64,000 nt of DNA from Octopus sinensis (Eukaryota): assembly GCF_006345805.1 (NCBI RefSeq), contig NC_042998.1, forward strand, positions 151,714,001 to 151,778,000, read 5' to 3'. This document shows, piece after piece, positions 12,310 to 26,962 of this stretch (within the stretch, counting starts at the first letter, position 1; each line of letters opens with the position of its first letter). A program made the translations under genes and the position numbers. The notes below the pieces were generated by a model. The model did not search any database, was not told the DNA's origin, and worked only from the letters and a program-made list of their open reading frames with translations.

Positions 12310-12521
12310 AATTTTGGAATATGCGCATAAAAATCAGTAGTATGGGATACATGTGGCACGATTACAATTTTTTGGGGTGGGTGTAAAGAGGGAAATAACC
12401 CTCATCTGCAATTTTGATGAAATTCGAAACATAGATATTCCAGTTCATTAGAGAAAATGCAACAGAAAAGTCTAATTCTTCAATTGTATGTAACATGGGC
12501 AACGCCGGGTATCTCTGCTAG
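12310..12521 (+). mobile_element. Probable 3' end of non-autonomous Helitron-like element
   Basis: Ends gggcaacgccgggtatctctgCTAG then (TA)n; similar termini at 12946-12983 (-) and 52169-52196 (+). Confidence 0.4.
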
Positions 12522-12686
12522 TATATATATATATATATAGTAAAAGCAATTAAGATTCAAGTGAGTTCTATTGAATTCACTTGAATATATATATATATAT
12601 ATTCTTTTACATATTCTTTAACATGTTTTATCATGAAATGTATTTCATGATAAAATTATTTTAGCATTTTCTACGTTGTTTTATTT

Positions 12687-12773
<87 letters not shown>

Positions 12774-12879
12774 CAAAAATGGGACAAGAACGCTGCGTTC
12801 TTGTCCTATTTTTGTATTTTTTATATATGAAATATAGCGGTGTACGGACACTTTGTTCTCATATATATGTATGTATGTA

Positions 12880-12946
<67 letters not shown>

Positions 12947-12978
12947 TAGCAGAGATACCCGCGTTGCCCGTGTTACAT

Positions 12979-13039
<61 letters not shown>

Positions 13040-13981
13040 TCCCCCGTCAAAGATGGCTAAAATGAGTGTTCAGCTTTAGCCGAACGGCCTGCACAAATGA
13101 TTTGTTTATAGTGATCAAATGTATATGCTGTACATTAGCTCACTCCACTCTCTCCATCAAATCTACATTGCCTGAACAGGTGCACGGTGTACCGCACGTC
13201 AGATGTTGAAGTGATCGCAGAGAAACGTGTGTGTGGGCACAAGTGTGTGTGGCCACAAGTATGTGTGTGTGTGCTTACGTATGTGAATATCTATGTATGT
13301 GTGTATGTATGTAAGAGTGTGCGTGTGTGCGTGTGTGTGTGTGTTTGTATGTGTGTGCGTGTGTATGTGTGTGCTATATGTGTGTGCATGTGTAACTACG
13401 TATGTATGTGCGTTTCTATGTCTTTGTATGCCCGAAAATATATAGGAGGTGATAATTTTCATTATTATCTTTTTTTTCATCTTTTTCTTGCAGCGACCAA
13501 TACTACAGCGATTCCGATTGTGTCGTGGTTGTGCCCGTCAAATAGATTTTCTTGTCTACAGAGAAAGTTCAGCATGCCAGCTTGGAGAATACCACAATTC
13601 TCATTGGATACCTTCGGGAAAGATTTGCTCACCAAGATGGTGTTGATGATGTTGGTGGTGGTGTCAGCGTTGGTGGCTATGACTAATCTGGCGGTGTAAG
13701 GCTACTTAGACCGTAAAATTAGTTTCACGTTTCCTACAGTGTCGCTGTTTGGGGTCAGCCTGCTTTAACTTAGATTATAAACAGGATATGTTGGGGGATA
13801 ATTCTCCAAGGAGATTTTATTTTCTGTCTTCTGTTTAGTAAATATCTTCAGTCGGAGTTTCCACAGCATTCAAGACAAAGAGGATATTTATGTGGTTACG
13901 GACAGTGAAGAACGTATTCGTATATAGCTATCTGTTACTGTATTACTTGTAGTGTGTGTGTGTGTCTATGCATGTGTGCGT

Positions 13982-14021
<40 letters not shown>

Positions 14022-14746
14022 GTGTGTGTGTGTGTGTAAATAATGAGTAAGTTGAGTGCTTATTGAATGTTGGTAGATGTATTTGTTTTATTGCTTCGCA
14101 TTCTCTCTTAGAGCATGATCACTATGGTAATGTATGTATATATAATAATATATAAAATATACACGCGTGAGTATATGTGCATATATATAATATACACGTG
14201 TGAGTATTTGTGTATGTGAATATGTAATTATAAATATATGATATGTATGTATTTGTACGTACATATACACATATATTTCTATGATGCGATTGTATCTGTA
14301 TGTATCAACATATATGTATGGATCTGTGCTGTGTGTGTGTGTGAGTGTATGTGTCTGTGTGTTTGTATGTGTATGCGCGCGTGTGTGTGTGTGTGTGTGT
14401 GCATCCAGTTTGTATTGGATTGAAAATATATAACGGTAAATGATAGCCAGGACTTTGCTTGGAAGTCGTAATTTGAAGTGATATGTACGACCATCACTGG
14501 AGGTTGTCTTGCAATAATTATGTAAGTCAAACCGGCAGCTGCTTAACATGGCATTTATATTCCTTTATATAGATATAATTTGGACAACTGAATTAAGTCT
14601 CATACAAAAAGAATTAAATTATCCACAGAGGATTGACGTATAAACATCAAAAAGTGAATCAGGACAATTACGAGCTCGATTAATAGCAAGTCGCTAAAAT
14701 CCGACTGGCTCTACATCCTAGAAAATCCAAGTGGGGCCGATATGCA

Positions 14747-14818
<72 letters not shown>

Positions 14819-15319
14819 TGTGTGAAAGTAATCCGCAATAATCATCTTTAAAAACAGCATATTTAGCTTAAAAGCATGAAAGCACAAATTTCACAAATAG
14901 TTCATACTTTACTTGTATGATAAACAATATTAAAGATAAACAATATTAAATGTACTATTTTATAATTGGAAATTGTGATACATAATCAGTTTAAATTAAA
15001 TTAATTTCAAATGTGCTTTTGCCCAAATCATCAAGAACATCACGTATCATGTTAATCCCTTAAATAATGATAACTGAAAGTTGTTAGATTGAAAAATAAA
15101 AATGTATTACATCGGCACACGAACAAAAGATTGTTGGGGTGGGTGTAGCCGCATATTCGATTGTATTGATTCCGGTAACTTACTGGTGTTCTATACTATT
15201 GACTTTCGAAGGATGAAGACAACGGTTACCGCGGCAGTATTTGAACTCAGGACGAATAATATCGTAACTAAATACAGTAATGTATTTTGATAGACGCCCT
15301 AACAACTCTGCCAAGCACC

Positions 15320-17669
15320 CACATTTACGGATTTCAGATTTCTAGTTGAAGTAGTTTCGCAATTATGAGATTTTAAAGCTATAGTCACTAGGTGGCACTA
15401 GATTCAAACTTCAGTATTTCCGCTGCCTAAATCCTTGTAAACGCAAGAAAGATATGGAATAAAAGTGTATTTATACATTTTAAAGATTACTGATTTGAAA
15501 TTGCTATCTGTAAAGGTTCAATGCTAGGTTATTTTAAGACAGAGGCCACTACAAGCATTCGATAACAACCAAAATTAAAATCAATGCATATTTTTAACTT
15601 TATAGATTTAATTACAATTTTAAATAACTGTATAACAAAAAGGGCGCTGAATGTTAGCAAATTTTTAAACATAACAAAGAATTAATATGTTTCGTTACAT
15701 AAAATAATCGAAGCTGAAGTTTCTCCTTTTCACAAACATCATAAAGATCTTGAAGGCACTTGATTGCCTGTTCTGCACTCTGATTTGTCCTGGGAATTTC
15801 CAGTTTTAATGTTTCTCGACTCCAAAAGCATTTTTTAGGAACTTGCAGGCTATCACATAACTTCTGATAATCATGTACATTAAACATTTGGTCAATAAAC
15901 CAAAAATCTGCCCAGCTGTAAGAGATGAATCCGCAAATATTGAGAGGGAAAACTATTTTCTCTGGTAGGAGAATAAATGCCAAAAGAGCTAGTATTGCTC
16001 GAGAATTCCACCTTGCATTACTTAAGTTGGGTATTTTTTAAAACTTTACAGTAGGAAATTTGTCGGTTTCTCCAAAGAAACGACAAACTCTGGATAAATG
16101 TAATAAAAATTTCATGTCATCTCGCCATACTGTTGATCCAGTAATCTTTTCTTCACCATTGTTGAAATTAGACTGGAGTTTCTCGTTTCTCATTATTACT
16201 TAGAATCTCTGGGATGAATGTATATTCAATATTGGGAGATGACTTTTTTCTCCAAGTTCTTTATCTATTACAACGCGAAGAACATTGTCAAGGATATGAT
16301 GCTGACAACCAATAAATTGCAGTTCTTTCAAACCCTTTTGAGCAAACAGTTTTTGCAACTGAATGACAATGCCATTTCTTTTCCCAGTGGTCACACTCAT
16401 TGTGTGAGCGACAATTATCTTTACACAGTTCCATTATTTGTATTAATCTAAAACAGCTGTTATTCCTTTCACAACAGTATCGGCTTTTCCCTTTGGTAAT
16501 CGGAGTGCTTTTAACTTAACTTCTCTCAGTTCATTCTTCAAAATTAGCACTTGGTATTCTTGGTCATCAATACGTTTACCATTAAAATGCAATGACCAGT
16601 TTTCCAAATGTAATGTTTTCTTCATTTTCTTTTTTAGTTTAACAGCTTCTTTCATAGTCAATCTGTAAATACCAGACTGGGAAGGAGACTTGATATTGAT
16701 TCCATCTTGTGATAATTGTCGACAAACTATTGCTGATATTTGGGTTGATAGCTTGGAAGATATTACTAACTTGGTTGCAGTTCTAGTTTTGCTACACTTC
16801 CTCCTTTTTCGGATCCATGATATTCATTTTTAGTCTTTTCTTCAGCCGTTGACGATGATACTGGAGTTTCTCAAGTTGAACTTGGCATTAAGGATACTTT
16901 TCTTTTTTTGGATGGATGGATAGTTTTGGAAGTGGCTGCCTTTCCAGTTCCATACTCAACCTGTCCCTTGCTTCCAACTTGCAGATAATATAACCTTCTA
17001 TCCTCACTGCGCAGCCATTCACCGTTTTCCTTTGTGATGTCAAAAATTCCTTTCAGTGAATCGTATTTTCCTCGTTTTACACATTTATCGTAGGTATTCA
17101 GCACTTTTTCTACTTTTTCTTGTACATTTTGAATTAATAAATATGGGAGATCTAATTTCTTTTGCCACAATAAAGTTACTTCTTTCGAAATTTCCTTTGT
17201 TCTTTCTTTCCTTCCTTTGATGGTACATCCAAGGAGCAGGGAGCGACCGACAATTTGAAGGTTCATTGGTATCATGCAGTTGTTTTCCAAAGAATGATCT
17301 AGAAGAACGGGGGGGGGGGTTCGTATGTGAGTCTTGAAATTGCCCGAGACTCTTCGTCCAGATTTTTTGTTTCTTTGAGTGACACAAGCACTTCTGCACT
17401 TCTCTTATGAGACATTATTTTAAATATTCTAGTTGGATAAGCCTACTATTCTGAAAAAAAGTTAATATATTCAGGGTTTTTAGCGTCACAGAAATAAAAA
17501 GGCAAGGAAGAGGTTATTTCCTAAAGTAGGACCTAAGTGGTAACAAATTAAAAACTCTATAATTCCTAAACTGCTTCAACTTGAAAGCTGAAATTTGCGA
17601 TATACTGCTTTTGGTTAACACACCAAGTTTGGTAAAAATTTGAGTAGGCATTATAAACTCCCACCCCTA
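15320..17669 (-). mobile_element. Degenerate hAT-superfamily (hATm-like) DNA transposon
   Basis: Fragments LHFNGK, TTGKRNG, FIGCQHHILD (CxxH), WRDDMKF, ARWNSRA and NQSAEQAIK in order; degenerate subterminal inverted repeats at ~15325-15400 and ~17530-17610. Subgroup assignment is from memory of the motif pattern. Confidence 0.65.
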
Positions 17670-17894
17670 GAATTTCGCATGATTTGGATCAAAAGTGGTG
17701 TTAGATTTCTTCAGTTGGGGTTGACTAAAAAAAAAATTTAAATAAAGGTTATTTTCCCTACTTATATGAAATTGTTCATCGGCTTTTGATACAGAAAATT
17801 GTTTACTTCCAAAAAATCGAAGTCATAACCCTAATATATATGTGTATGTGCGCGCGCGTGTGTATGTGTGCGCGTGCGTGTGCGTATATATGCG

Positions 17895-18075
17895 TGTCTG
17901 TGTTTGTCCCCACCTTCGCTTGACAACCGATGTTGGTGTGTTTACATCCCCGTAACTTAGCGGTTCGGCAAAAGACACCGATAGAATAAGTACCAGGCTT
18001 ACAAAGAATAAGTCTTAGGGTCGATTTGTTCAACTAATGGCAGTGCTCCAGCATGGCTACAGTCAAATGACTGAT
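17895..18075 (+). mobile_element. 3' half of CORE-type SINE
   Basis: Matches the body and tail of 22823-23267. Confidence 0.8.
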
Positions 18076-18622
18076 ATTGTTCCATGATAGAAAATTTAAC
18101 GAAAAAAGTATTCCATCTGGTGAGAGATAAATATTATTTGTTTAAAGGACACAATAAATGTCTTTAAATGCTACTAATAGCTTCAAATTTTGACAAACAT
18201 CTCAAATATATATATATATATATAGTGTAATAAATAAAATATATGCATACATACATACATATATGTACGTACTTGCATCTACATGTATATATACATGCAT
18301 ATATAAATATATATACGTGAGTACAGGACACCACAAATAGACGTAGAACTCAACGAGAAACGAAAACGTAAAAACAATCGTGGAAACGGACCTAAACGAA
18401 AAAAACATAGTACAAGACAAACTACACAAGGAAAAATCCCCTTCATCAGCTGTCCCTAGTTCAACTCCAGCGTGTTTCGAAGGTGAGGACAGAACACGAC
18501 TCGTGGAACTAGTCCTTCCTGTGAAGGAATTAAATAAAATTACTTCGTAGAGGGGTAAAATCAAGGAAAGTTAAACAAGTAACAAAACCAGGACGTAAAA
18601 ACGATACAAATAAAATTACGAA

Positions 18623-18653
<31 letters not shown>

Positions 18654-19391
18654 TGTATGTATGTATGTATGTATGTATGTATGTATGTATGCATGCATGC
18701 ATGTATGTATGTATGTATGTATGTATGTATGTATGTATGTGTATGTGTGCGTGTGTGTGTGTAAGCATGTATGCATATATGTATTTATAATTTTTAGCGA
18801 TGAAAGCAGTATTAGTATCAAAAGGCAGTCTTTGTATCCAACTTAACATGGGTATCTTGTTGTAACGCCGTGTACTGTGTTGTCATTCTTGAGAGGTGCT
18901 CTTACATAGCTGCACAGATATAAAAGAAGTCCAATTGATTGAAATCACGCGTTCTGGTGCTTCCGGTGGCCTGTTACGATATATGTCTGTGTTTTTATCC
19001 GCCAAGCATCTACATGAGAGGACTTCTCAAGGCTACTAGTGCACTATTCCGACAAGTTATTCACATTAAGTTTGAAACAAAGACTTCCTGTTTCTACTAA
19101 TAATGCTTTTGTCGCTAATAATTATTTTGAAATTAATTTTGTAGCTACTTGTTCCCGAAAGTTTACATACCGTGGCAGCGAGTTTTGTATGGACTGAGTC
19201 ACTGGACGCAGCAACTTAGGAAGTCCAGTAGAGTGAAATCAGGTGCTCCGATAATTACCGCCCCTAACAGATGATTCTCATCTTCTACGATTTTTACCTG
19301 TGCTTTTATGCACCGTGCGCCTATATGATAGAATCTCTCAAGACTAGTACTGCTGTATTATACAGCGTTCTAACAAGATATCGATATTAAG

Positions 19392-19441
<50 letters not shown>

Positions 19442-19454
19442 CTCTATCTATCTA

Positions 19455-19492
<38 letters not shown>

Positions 19493-20110
19493 AAGCACAC
19501 ACAACCATGTATACTTGTGTACAGAAAGGAACACACAGGTATATGTGTGTGTGTGTATCTGTGTCTGTATTGTATGCTTATTAAAATACGACTGTTTTTA
19601 TTATAGCATTTCTTTTGTCAGATATCTCTTTTACATTGACTTTGGGTCAATAAAGTTTCTAGATCCATAAGGAATATTTCCGAACTTTCATACTCTCATC
19701 ATCAGGATAGGAGATAGATATATAACTTATGTATTGGCGTTTATTTTTTCTCGTAGCCGAATTTATCTAGGCTTACCGTCAAAGAGTTTATGATCGTGAG
19801 TGTAAAAATGAAAGTTGTAAACTTCGGGACTCCCGCTATTATATTGGCCACAGTAATACAAAATTCTTTCGTAGGTTCACCATGCAATTACAACAAGGAA
19901 CATTTATAATACACTATACCACCCACACTAAAAACAAATTGATAGAAAAATTATACTGAATATTATATCAAGTACCATTCATATTATATAGTATCATTCA
20001 TAATATATCAAGTAGATTTATGTAGATTGGGAGACATAGGTAAATGTATATATGTGTGTATGTTTGTATGTGTGTGTATGTATATATATATGTGTGTGTG
20101 TATATATATT

Positions 20111-20166
<56 letters not shown>

Positions 20167-20492
20167 TGTATATATATATATCTACATTCATATAGATAGA
20201 TAGATAAATATGCCAGTGCAGAAAACAACACAACCAGGTGCATACACGCATTCAAGTATATATTTGTATACGCATGCAAAAATATATACTTATGTGCATG
20301 TATACACGGATGTAAAGGGTCAGATAGATGAATACATACGGACACAAATATAGACATGTAGGCAAGAAAAAATATACACAAGTATCTAAATACATATTCG
20401 CATAAGCAAGCGAATAAGGATACACAGCCAGCAGAATCACACCCGTACATAAGTGCGTTGTATGCGCGTGTGCGTGTGTGTGTGTGTATGTA

Positions 20493-20523
<31 letters not shown>

Positions 20524-21124
20524 GTGTTTGTGTGAATATTTAAGTTTCCCATGCCTTCATTTATGTATGGGATAGATATACATAAAGATACATAAAATGA
20601 AGGTATAGAAGGACTGGTTGGGAGGTCCTAAACAAGTGAACTCGTCAGCGTGTATGAGTTTTAACGTGTGTCTCTGCCCTGATTCGCAGGTAAGTACTTG
20701 TACATTTGTGGAGTACCAGCTGCTCATATATCAGTGCAAGTTAACCATAAACATTCCTGCAGAAATGTGTACGTACAATCATGATACAAATGAAAATACA
20801 GCTTCGTATCCATCCATTAATATGTTAATATATAACTATAAAGTGGAACATGCATCAAAACATATACGTAATGCATATACAATTAGGTATTGAGTTATTC
20901 GTGTTTTTTAAGGGTGTTATAGAGGTTGCAAGATGATGTATGGCGGTTGAGGATGTTAGGTGCTTTTTGGTTTAAGATATGCCGTTGGAGGAAGGAGTTA
21001 TGGATCATAATCTTTTTCTCTTACATGTTTCACGTGATAGAGCGTGAAGTGTTAAATTCTTTTAGGTTTCAGATATGCTTGGTTAGACTTGTATTAGACC
21101 TACTGTAAATATTTCCAAAAATAA

Positions 21125-21320
21125 AGGCGGCGACCTAGCTGAATTGTTAGCACGCAGGAAAAAGTGCTTAGCGGAATTTCGTCTGTCTTTACATTCTGAG
21201 TTCAAATCTCCGCCGAGGTCGACTTTGTCATTCCTCCTTTCAGGGTCGATAAAATATGAATCAGTTGAACGCTGGAGTCGATGTAATCGACTTACCTCAT
21301 CCCCCGAAATTTCCAAATAT
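21125..21320 (+). mobile_element. tRNA-derived SINE (second family)
   Basis: Degenerate A box, B box (gagttcaaatc) and body gggtcgataaa...gatgtaatcgactta; sister copy at 35372-35570. Confidence 0.75.
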
Positions 21321-21399
21321 ATTCAGATGTTGGTTAATATAGAGTTTAAATTCATTCAAAGTTGGGCCATATATTGTCTATTTTGTGCATGTATAGTAA

Positions 21400-22430
21400 C
21401 GGAATGTACATATTTAGTGAGGAGGCAGTTATTGTTGAGCTGATAGTTAAGAGAGTTCTTGTAGTTGTAGGATTCATTGTTGAGGATTATGTACTGAATT
21501 AGGATTTTTTTCGCGATTAATTTAGGACGGGGACTGAACGAGATTAAAGGTTCCGAATTTCTTGGAAGCTATGATAGAGTTGGTGCCTTAAATGGTTTGG
21601 TGTTTGTGTATTAAAACTGATCGTATGCTGATGAAGAATTTTGACTGGAATGAGTGTGGTTGCGTGTATGTTATATGATTAGTGATACGAGGTATTTATT
21701 TCTGGGTGTATGACATAGTGGTGAGTATTTAAATTATTTTTTAAAACTGTTTAGTCAACATTGTTATCTGAAAGTTTGTAAAATGAGAGAAACATTTTGA
21801 TAATACAGATTCGAGGTTATATGTAACGATCGAGTTTTCTTAGATTGTTCTATGGCACGCGTATGGAGATATAAAGTAACATTCAAGAAATCCAAAGTTT
21901 TTATCTGGATATTCATGGATGTTTTGAGGCCTTCGGTAGGGATGTGAAATATTTCGTGAGATTGTCTGTGGTTCTGAAAGCGGTGTTCTGGAAGATTTGC
22001 TGAGATGGGCGATTGGTTTGTGTATGCGATTTGTTTTAGAGAAGTTCCTTTCGAAAAGATGGGTAATAGTTTTCGACGTTATATCGAGTGAATGACTGCC
22101 TATTTTTCGGGGAGTGGGGGTAGAGCTTTATAGATTATAACATCCATGTTGTTTCATATGGCTTGTCGTGTTTCTGTTTTATTCCTGTGGTTATATTATT
22201 ATCTGAAATTGTTTTACTAACACCTCCGGTTGGTGTTTAATCGGATTACAAAAATTGTGAATAGGTTTCTATGGAAGTTGGATTGTGGTCCATATAGTAC
22301 GTAGTTGTATCCAATAAATCAAACCTATCGTTGGTCATTATTATGTCTGCTTCCGCGTTTTTGTTCACAATTATATTGAGCGATGTCCTTCCATATGTGT
22401 TTGCTATGGAGTTTAACAGAACTCCTTAGA
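21400..22430 (-). mobile_element. Highly degenerate Penelope-like RT region
   Basis: Minus-strand remnants such as IKTLDFLNVTL (~21880) and ADIIMT...DTTTY (~22330). Confidence 0.45.
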
Positions 22431-22822
22431 ATATAGTTGGGTTGATCTTGTGTAGGTTCTTCACCTTCAAATCTCCATTACTGGAAACTGTTGTATTATT
22501 AAGACCGGAGATTTCATAAAGAGATTCTGATAGAAAGTCCTATATGATGATATAAATAACTATGACTCTCCATCCTGAACCAAAATCCGGCCTTAGAACT
22601 ATTAAATAACCTAATCCTTCCAATAAATTACATACTTTGAAAGGATCTACACCAGTTAATCAAGAAAATATATCAGCAAATTCCAGACTTTAAAAATATT
22701 AAACTCGATTTATTCTCAAAATCAAGCTACATCCACAAAGCGTTGGATGAACCGACAAACCCGCACAAAATCAAACTCGCCACACACCATAAGGCTATAC
22801 AGAGGCTTATAAATATACATAT

Positions 22823-23037
22823 TCTTTTACTTTTTTACTTGTTTCAGTCATTTGACTGTGGTCATGCTGAAGCACCACCTTGAAGGGTTTTAGTCGAGCA
22901 AATCGACCGCATGACTTATTCTTTGTAAGCCTAGTACTTATTCTATCGTGTCTTTTGCTGAACCGCTAAGTTACGGCGATGTAAACACACCAAAGCCGGT
23001 TTACAAACGATGGTGGGAGGGCAAACACAGACATACA

Positions 23038-23101
<64 letters not shown>

Positions 23102-23267
23102 TATATAGGATGGGCTTCTTTCAGTTTCCGTCTACCAAATCCACTCACAAAGCTTTGGTCGGCCTGAGGCTATAGTAGAAGACACTTGCCCAAAGTGCCA
23201 GCAGTGGGAATGAACCTGGAACCATGTGGTAGCGGAGCAAGCTTCTTATCACACAGCCGCGCCTGCA
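22823..23267 (-). mobile_element. Full-length CORE-type SINE with internal (TA)n
   Basis: tRNA-like head at the right end (ggctgtgtgataag; ggttcattccc), CORE-like ctttgggcaagtgtcttc, internal microsatellite and an A-rich tail at the left. Confidence 0.85.
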
Positions 23268-23778
23268 CGTATATATTTTAAATCATAAATATACGTTTAC
23301 CTAAAAATTATTTCCATGGCTACATCTATATATTTTTAAATATTTATCTATATTTATTGTACGATTAGGAAGATATTCCATACCTAAATAGTGTTCAACT
23401 TCACAACTATTAGAGAAATGCTTTTATTGTATTAGATTGACTAACGGCATCCTGAATCTTGCCTTCTCTTCTTTCAGCATCTTTTTTGTTTTATTCTTCT
23501 ATCTATGTCGAAACTTTCCGTATATGTGTATATTCATGTCGATATATTTATATATCACTATGTACGCATGTGTACATGCATGTAAGTATATAGTTATGTT
23601 TATATATATGTTTTACCTTGCTTTGAGTTCATATAATTTTTCAAGAGAGTTTAATCCGATCACTAACAAATCGACAAGGTGTTTGTAAATATGTGTTTGA
23701 GTTTGTGAGATGGTTGAGCTATCGATGAACACACCCAAGTGCGTGCATTTATTTGTGTCAAGAACCTCAGATGGAGAA

Positions 23779-24303
23779 TCATTGGAATGTCTTACAAATC
23801 TTCCCAGTGTTGCTAATAGATTGGATTTGAAGAATCTGCATCAGTTTCTTTTGCTCTTTCTTCAAAAACTTAGTATTTCTAAGTTTTTGTGTACATTTGT
23901 AGGTACGTAGCCTAATGTACGTATGATGAGAGAAACAATTGAGAATGTATAAGCAGGGTACAAGAGCTGTAAGTTCCGCATTAATTCACCATAAATCTTT
24001 CTCCTGGACTTTTGATGGTAGATTCATATTTGATGTAAATGTCAGGGCAATCTTCCCTATAGATAGTGTTTTAAATAGTCTTTGCAGCTATATCATGCAT
24101 CAGGGACAAGTAGTATCTCGTAAACATTTTGAGGTAGCTGCTGCTGATGTGGGTGATATCTTTCACACTGGTATAGCAGGGACGACATATTCTATCACAA
24201 CGTAGAGACTTCTCGGTATATTTGCCTCTCTTGTTTACCACGTATTTAGTAGCTGTCTTCTGTTTCTGGATAGGGAAAGCATAACTTTCAAGGTAAGACG
24301 TCA
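23779..24303 (-). mobile_element. RLE-type LINE 3' fragment
   Basis: CRPC...DITHISSS...RYYLSLMHDIAAKTI, then YGELMRNLQLLYP...LGYVP; same family as 32700-33030 and 40925-41185. Confidence 0.7.
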
Positions 24304-24663
24304 CATCAGGACAATGCTCCAGCACACAAGTTCTTGGGTTTAAATGGCTGTTGTGCGTATCTGAGGCTTTGAACTGGTTGATCACTCCCTATTGTCTCGA
24401 TTTGACCTCATTTGATTATCATCTGTTCCCCAACATGAATAAAACACTTGGCTGGGAACCAGTATCGCAATGAGCGTGACGTCATGCTGTTGATGACATC
24501 TTGACTAACAGGATGAAAGCTTCTTCATGAATAAGGTCAAGTACTGCAACATCGATGGAAGAAGTATGTGGACTTCAAGGGGTCTATGTTGAACAATAAA
24601 TCTCATTTGGTCACATTTCATGAGAGTACCTCGGTCAGACTATGAACATGTCGGCCGACCTTG
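24304..24663 (+). mobile_element. Mariner 3' fragment with right TIR remnant
   Basis: HQDNAPAHK, HSPYCLDL.SFDYHLFP and RWKKYV; ends in a TIR-like sequence followed by TA. Confidence 0.7.
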
Positions 24664-24689
24664 TAATATGTCTGTCACAGGTCCAGGAG

Positions 24690-26350
24690 AGGCTACTCTT
24701 CCTGTCATTACTATTGTTATCCTCTATATTACAGGACATGTACCCATGCATTGCTTTCTGCTGGTATGATGCTTGCTTCTTCTCCAAGCTTCTGTTTAGG
24801 TAGGCCAGTCCAGCCTCCTTTTGGTTACATGAGACACTTGTATCTCAGAGTACCTGCACAGTAGTTCTTCTCCAACTCTGAAGATGTTGTCGCTCTCACT
24901 TTTAAGTATACATGAAATGTACTCATTTCTTGCTTTACTATTCGGCAGGTGTTGTTTGAATGATATAAGCAACATTTCAAGGCTGCTTAAAATTTCCTCA
25001 TGCCTCTACCGCCATCGCTTCGTGTCACATAGATGCTACTGGTGTCGTTGTTTATGTGGAGTTGCCAGTGGTGGTCAGTACCTTTCTGGTTTTGATGTCT
25101 AGGCTGCGTATCTCATCGAGTATCCATTTCAATATCCTAAATGTTAGCAATAGCATTAGTACTGCAAAAGAATTGTAACATATGTTCTTGTTAAATGTAG
25201 ACAAGTCTGAGTTCCACATTTTCTGGAGTCTACAGAAATACTTTTTTGTTATTCTGGCTTTAGTCACATCACCAACGTAAGCAACATTCTCATTGATTCT
25301 GAGATACTTATACTTTCATCATTAGAAATAGGAGAAATGAACAAGGTTTTCATGTACATGTTGTCTACCTGGTCGACAATCTTTCATCGGTAGACTATCG
25401 AGTATGAGCATTCATTTCGCCTAAACTCCATTCTGGTCTTATGAAAATGTGGTGAGTAGTTTTAATTGTCTCTTGATGTTGTCTATGTTACCAGAGTATA
25501 ACTTCAGGTCATCATAAAAAAATGTGTGGGTGACATTAATTTTATTCTTTTCTGTATATCCTAGGATGTAGCCTGGACATTTTGCAAACAGAGTTGACAA
25601 GGATTTATTGCTAGTACAAATATTACAGATAGACTATCACCCTGGAATATACCTAATTCTGTTTATACCAATAGGTGTTGCTTTAGCAGTTGTCATTGAT
25701 AACTGTGTGGATCTTGTGGTCAGTCTTTCAATGGCATTCCCTATAGCTGGTGGTATATTAGCAAGGTGTAGTGATTCTATCATCCATGAGTGTAGCACAG
25801 AGTTGAATGCTTTCTTGTAGTCAAGCCATGTTTTTAAGAGATTATGATGATGTTGCTTGGCTTCCTTAAGGACAGCTTTTTTTGAGGAGCTGTTCAGACC
25901 ACTTTCTTTCCTTCTGCCTGTTTCTCAGTTATCACGCCATTTGTTTACTGTGGTCTTGAAGAAACATATTCAGACAACTTGTGTACAGTTTGTACATAAC
26001 ATTCAAGTATACTATGGATCTAGTTTTTGACCACATTGGACACTTTTGTTCTCAAGGATAAGAGTAGTCCGTGCACCATCAGCCAATCTGGTATATCTAG
26101 CTCAGAGTCCATTATTTCGTGAGAATTTCACAGTAGAACGTGAAATTTTTGTACCAGTAGCCTACTATCGGGTCTGTCCCAGGTGGTTGTCCATTCGGCA
26201 GTTTCATAAAAACCATCAGGAGTATTTCACTGGTAATGTCATATATTTTGAGAGAGACATCTACACAATACCCACTTCGTAGTTCCTTTAATCATGCTGC
26301 ATCGCGATTGCGTTCTTTGTTTATATCCCAAATTCCATGCTAAAATGACT
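24690..26350 (-). mobile_element. RLE-type LINE, RT and post-RT region, degenerate
   Basis: WLDYKKAFNSV (~25810), HIFYDDLKL (~25515) and ILDEIRSLDIKTRKVLT (ORF 25052..25267). Confidence 0.8.
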
Positions 26351-26928
26351 CTAGGTCTTCCTGAGGAGGAACGTTCACTACATTTATGGTATCACATTTC
26401 ATACTGCAGGATACAGCTTATGGTTTCGAGTAAACTTGCAGTTTATAATTTTTCGTTCATGTAAATTTCTACAATAACGACGTTTTTTCATTTATCGTTC
26501 GTAGTTCGTGTATGTATGTATGTATGTATGTATGTATGTATGTATGTATGTATGTATGTATGTATGTATGTATGTATGTATGCATGCATGCATGCATGTA
26601 TGTATGTATGTATTATGTATGTATGTATGTATGTATTATGTATGTATGCAGGCAGGCAGATAGGTAGGCTTGTAGGCAGGTAGGTAGGTAGGTAGGTAGG
26701 TATGTATGTATGTATGTATGTATGTTTTTCCTTCAAATTTAAATTCCTCTTCATGTTGGTGAAGTCGGTCACTAACAAAGCGACAAGGCTTTTTGAGTTC
26801 TGTGTATATTTGTTTTTTTTAGTACTTAACTACATCTCTATGTTTATCTCTGTCTGTTTGATTGTTTGTCTGTCTTTCTACCTGATTGCTTACCTGTATG
26901 TATGCATGCATGTATGCATGTATGAATG

Positions 26929-26962
<34 letters not shown>

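Noticed and set aside
13187-13699. 170-aa ORF with a hydrophobic C-terminus
   Set aside because: First half is (GT)n-type repeat; the rest looks like the antisense of decayed repeat sequence.
18430-18500. Minus-strand GAAA followed by CTGATGA (type II hammerhead order)
   Set aside because: Helix III and the cleavage triplet cannot be formed; at best a broken remnant.
19663-19709. Minus-strand CTGATGA...GAAA pair
   Set aside because: Helices I and III do not pair convincingly; too decayed to count.
20687-20695. Perfect splice donor CAG|GTAAGT
   Set aside because: No matching acceptor or coding exon identified; a single 9-mer is expected by chance.
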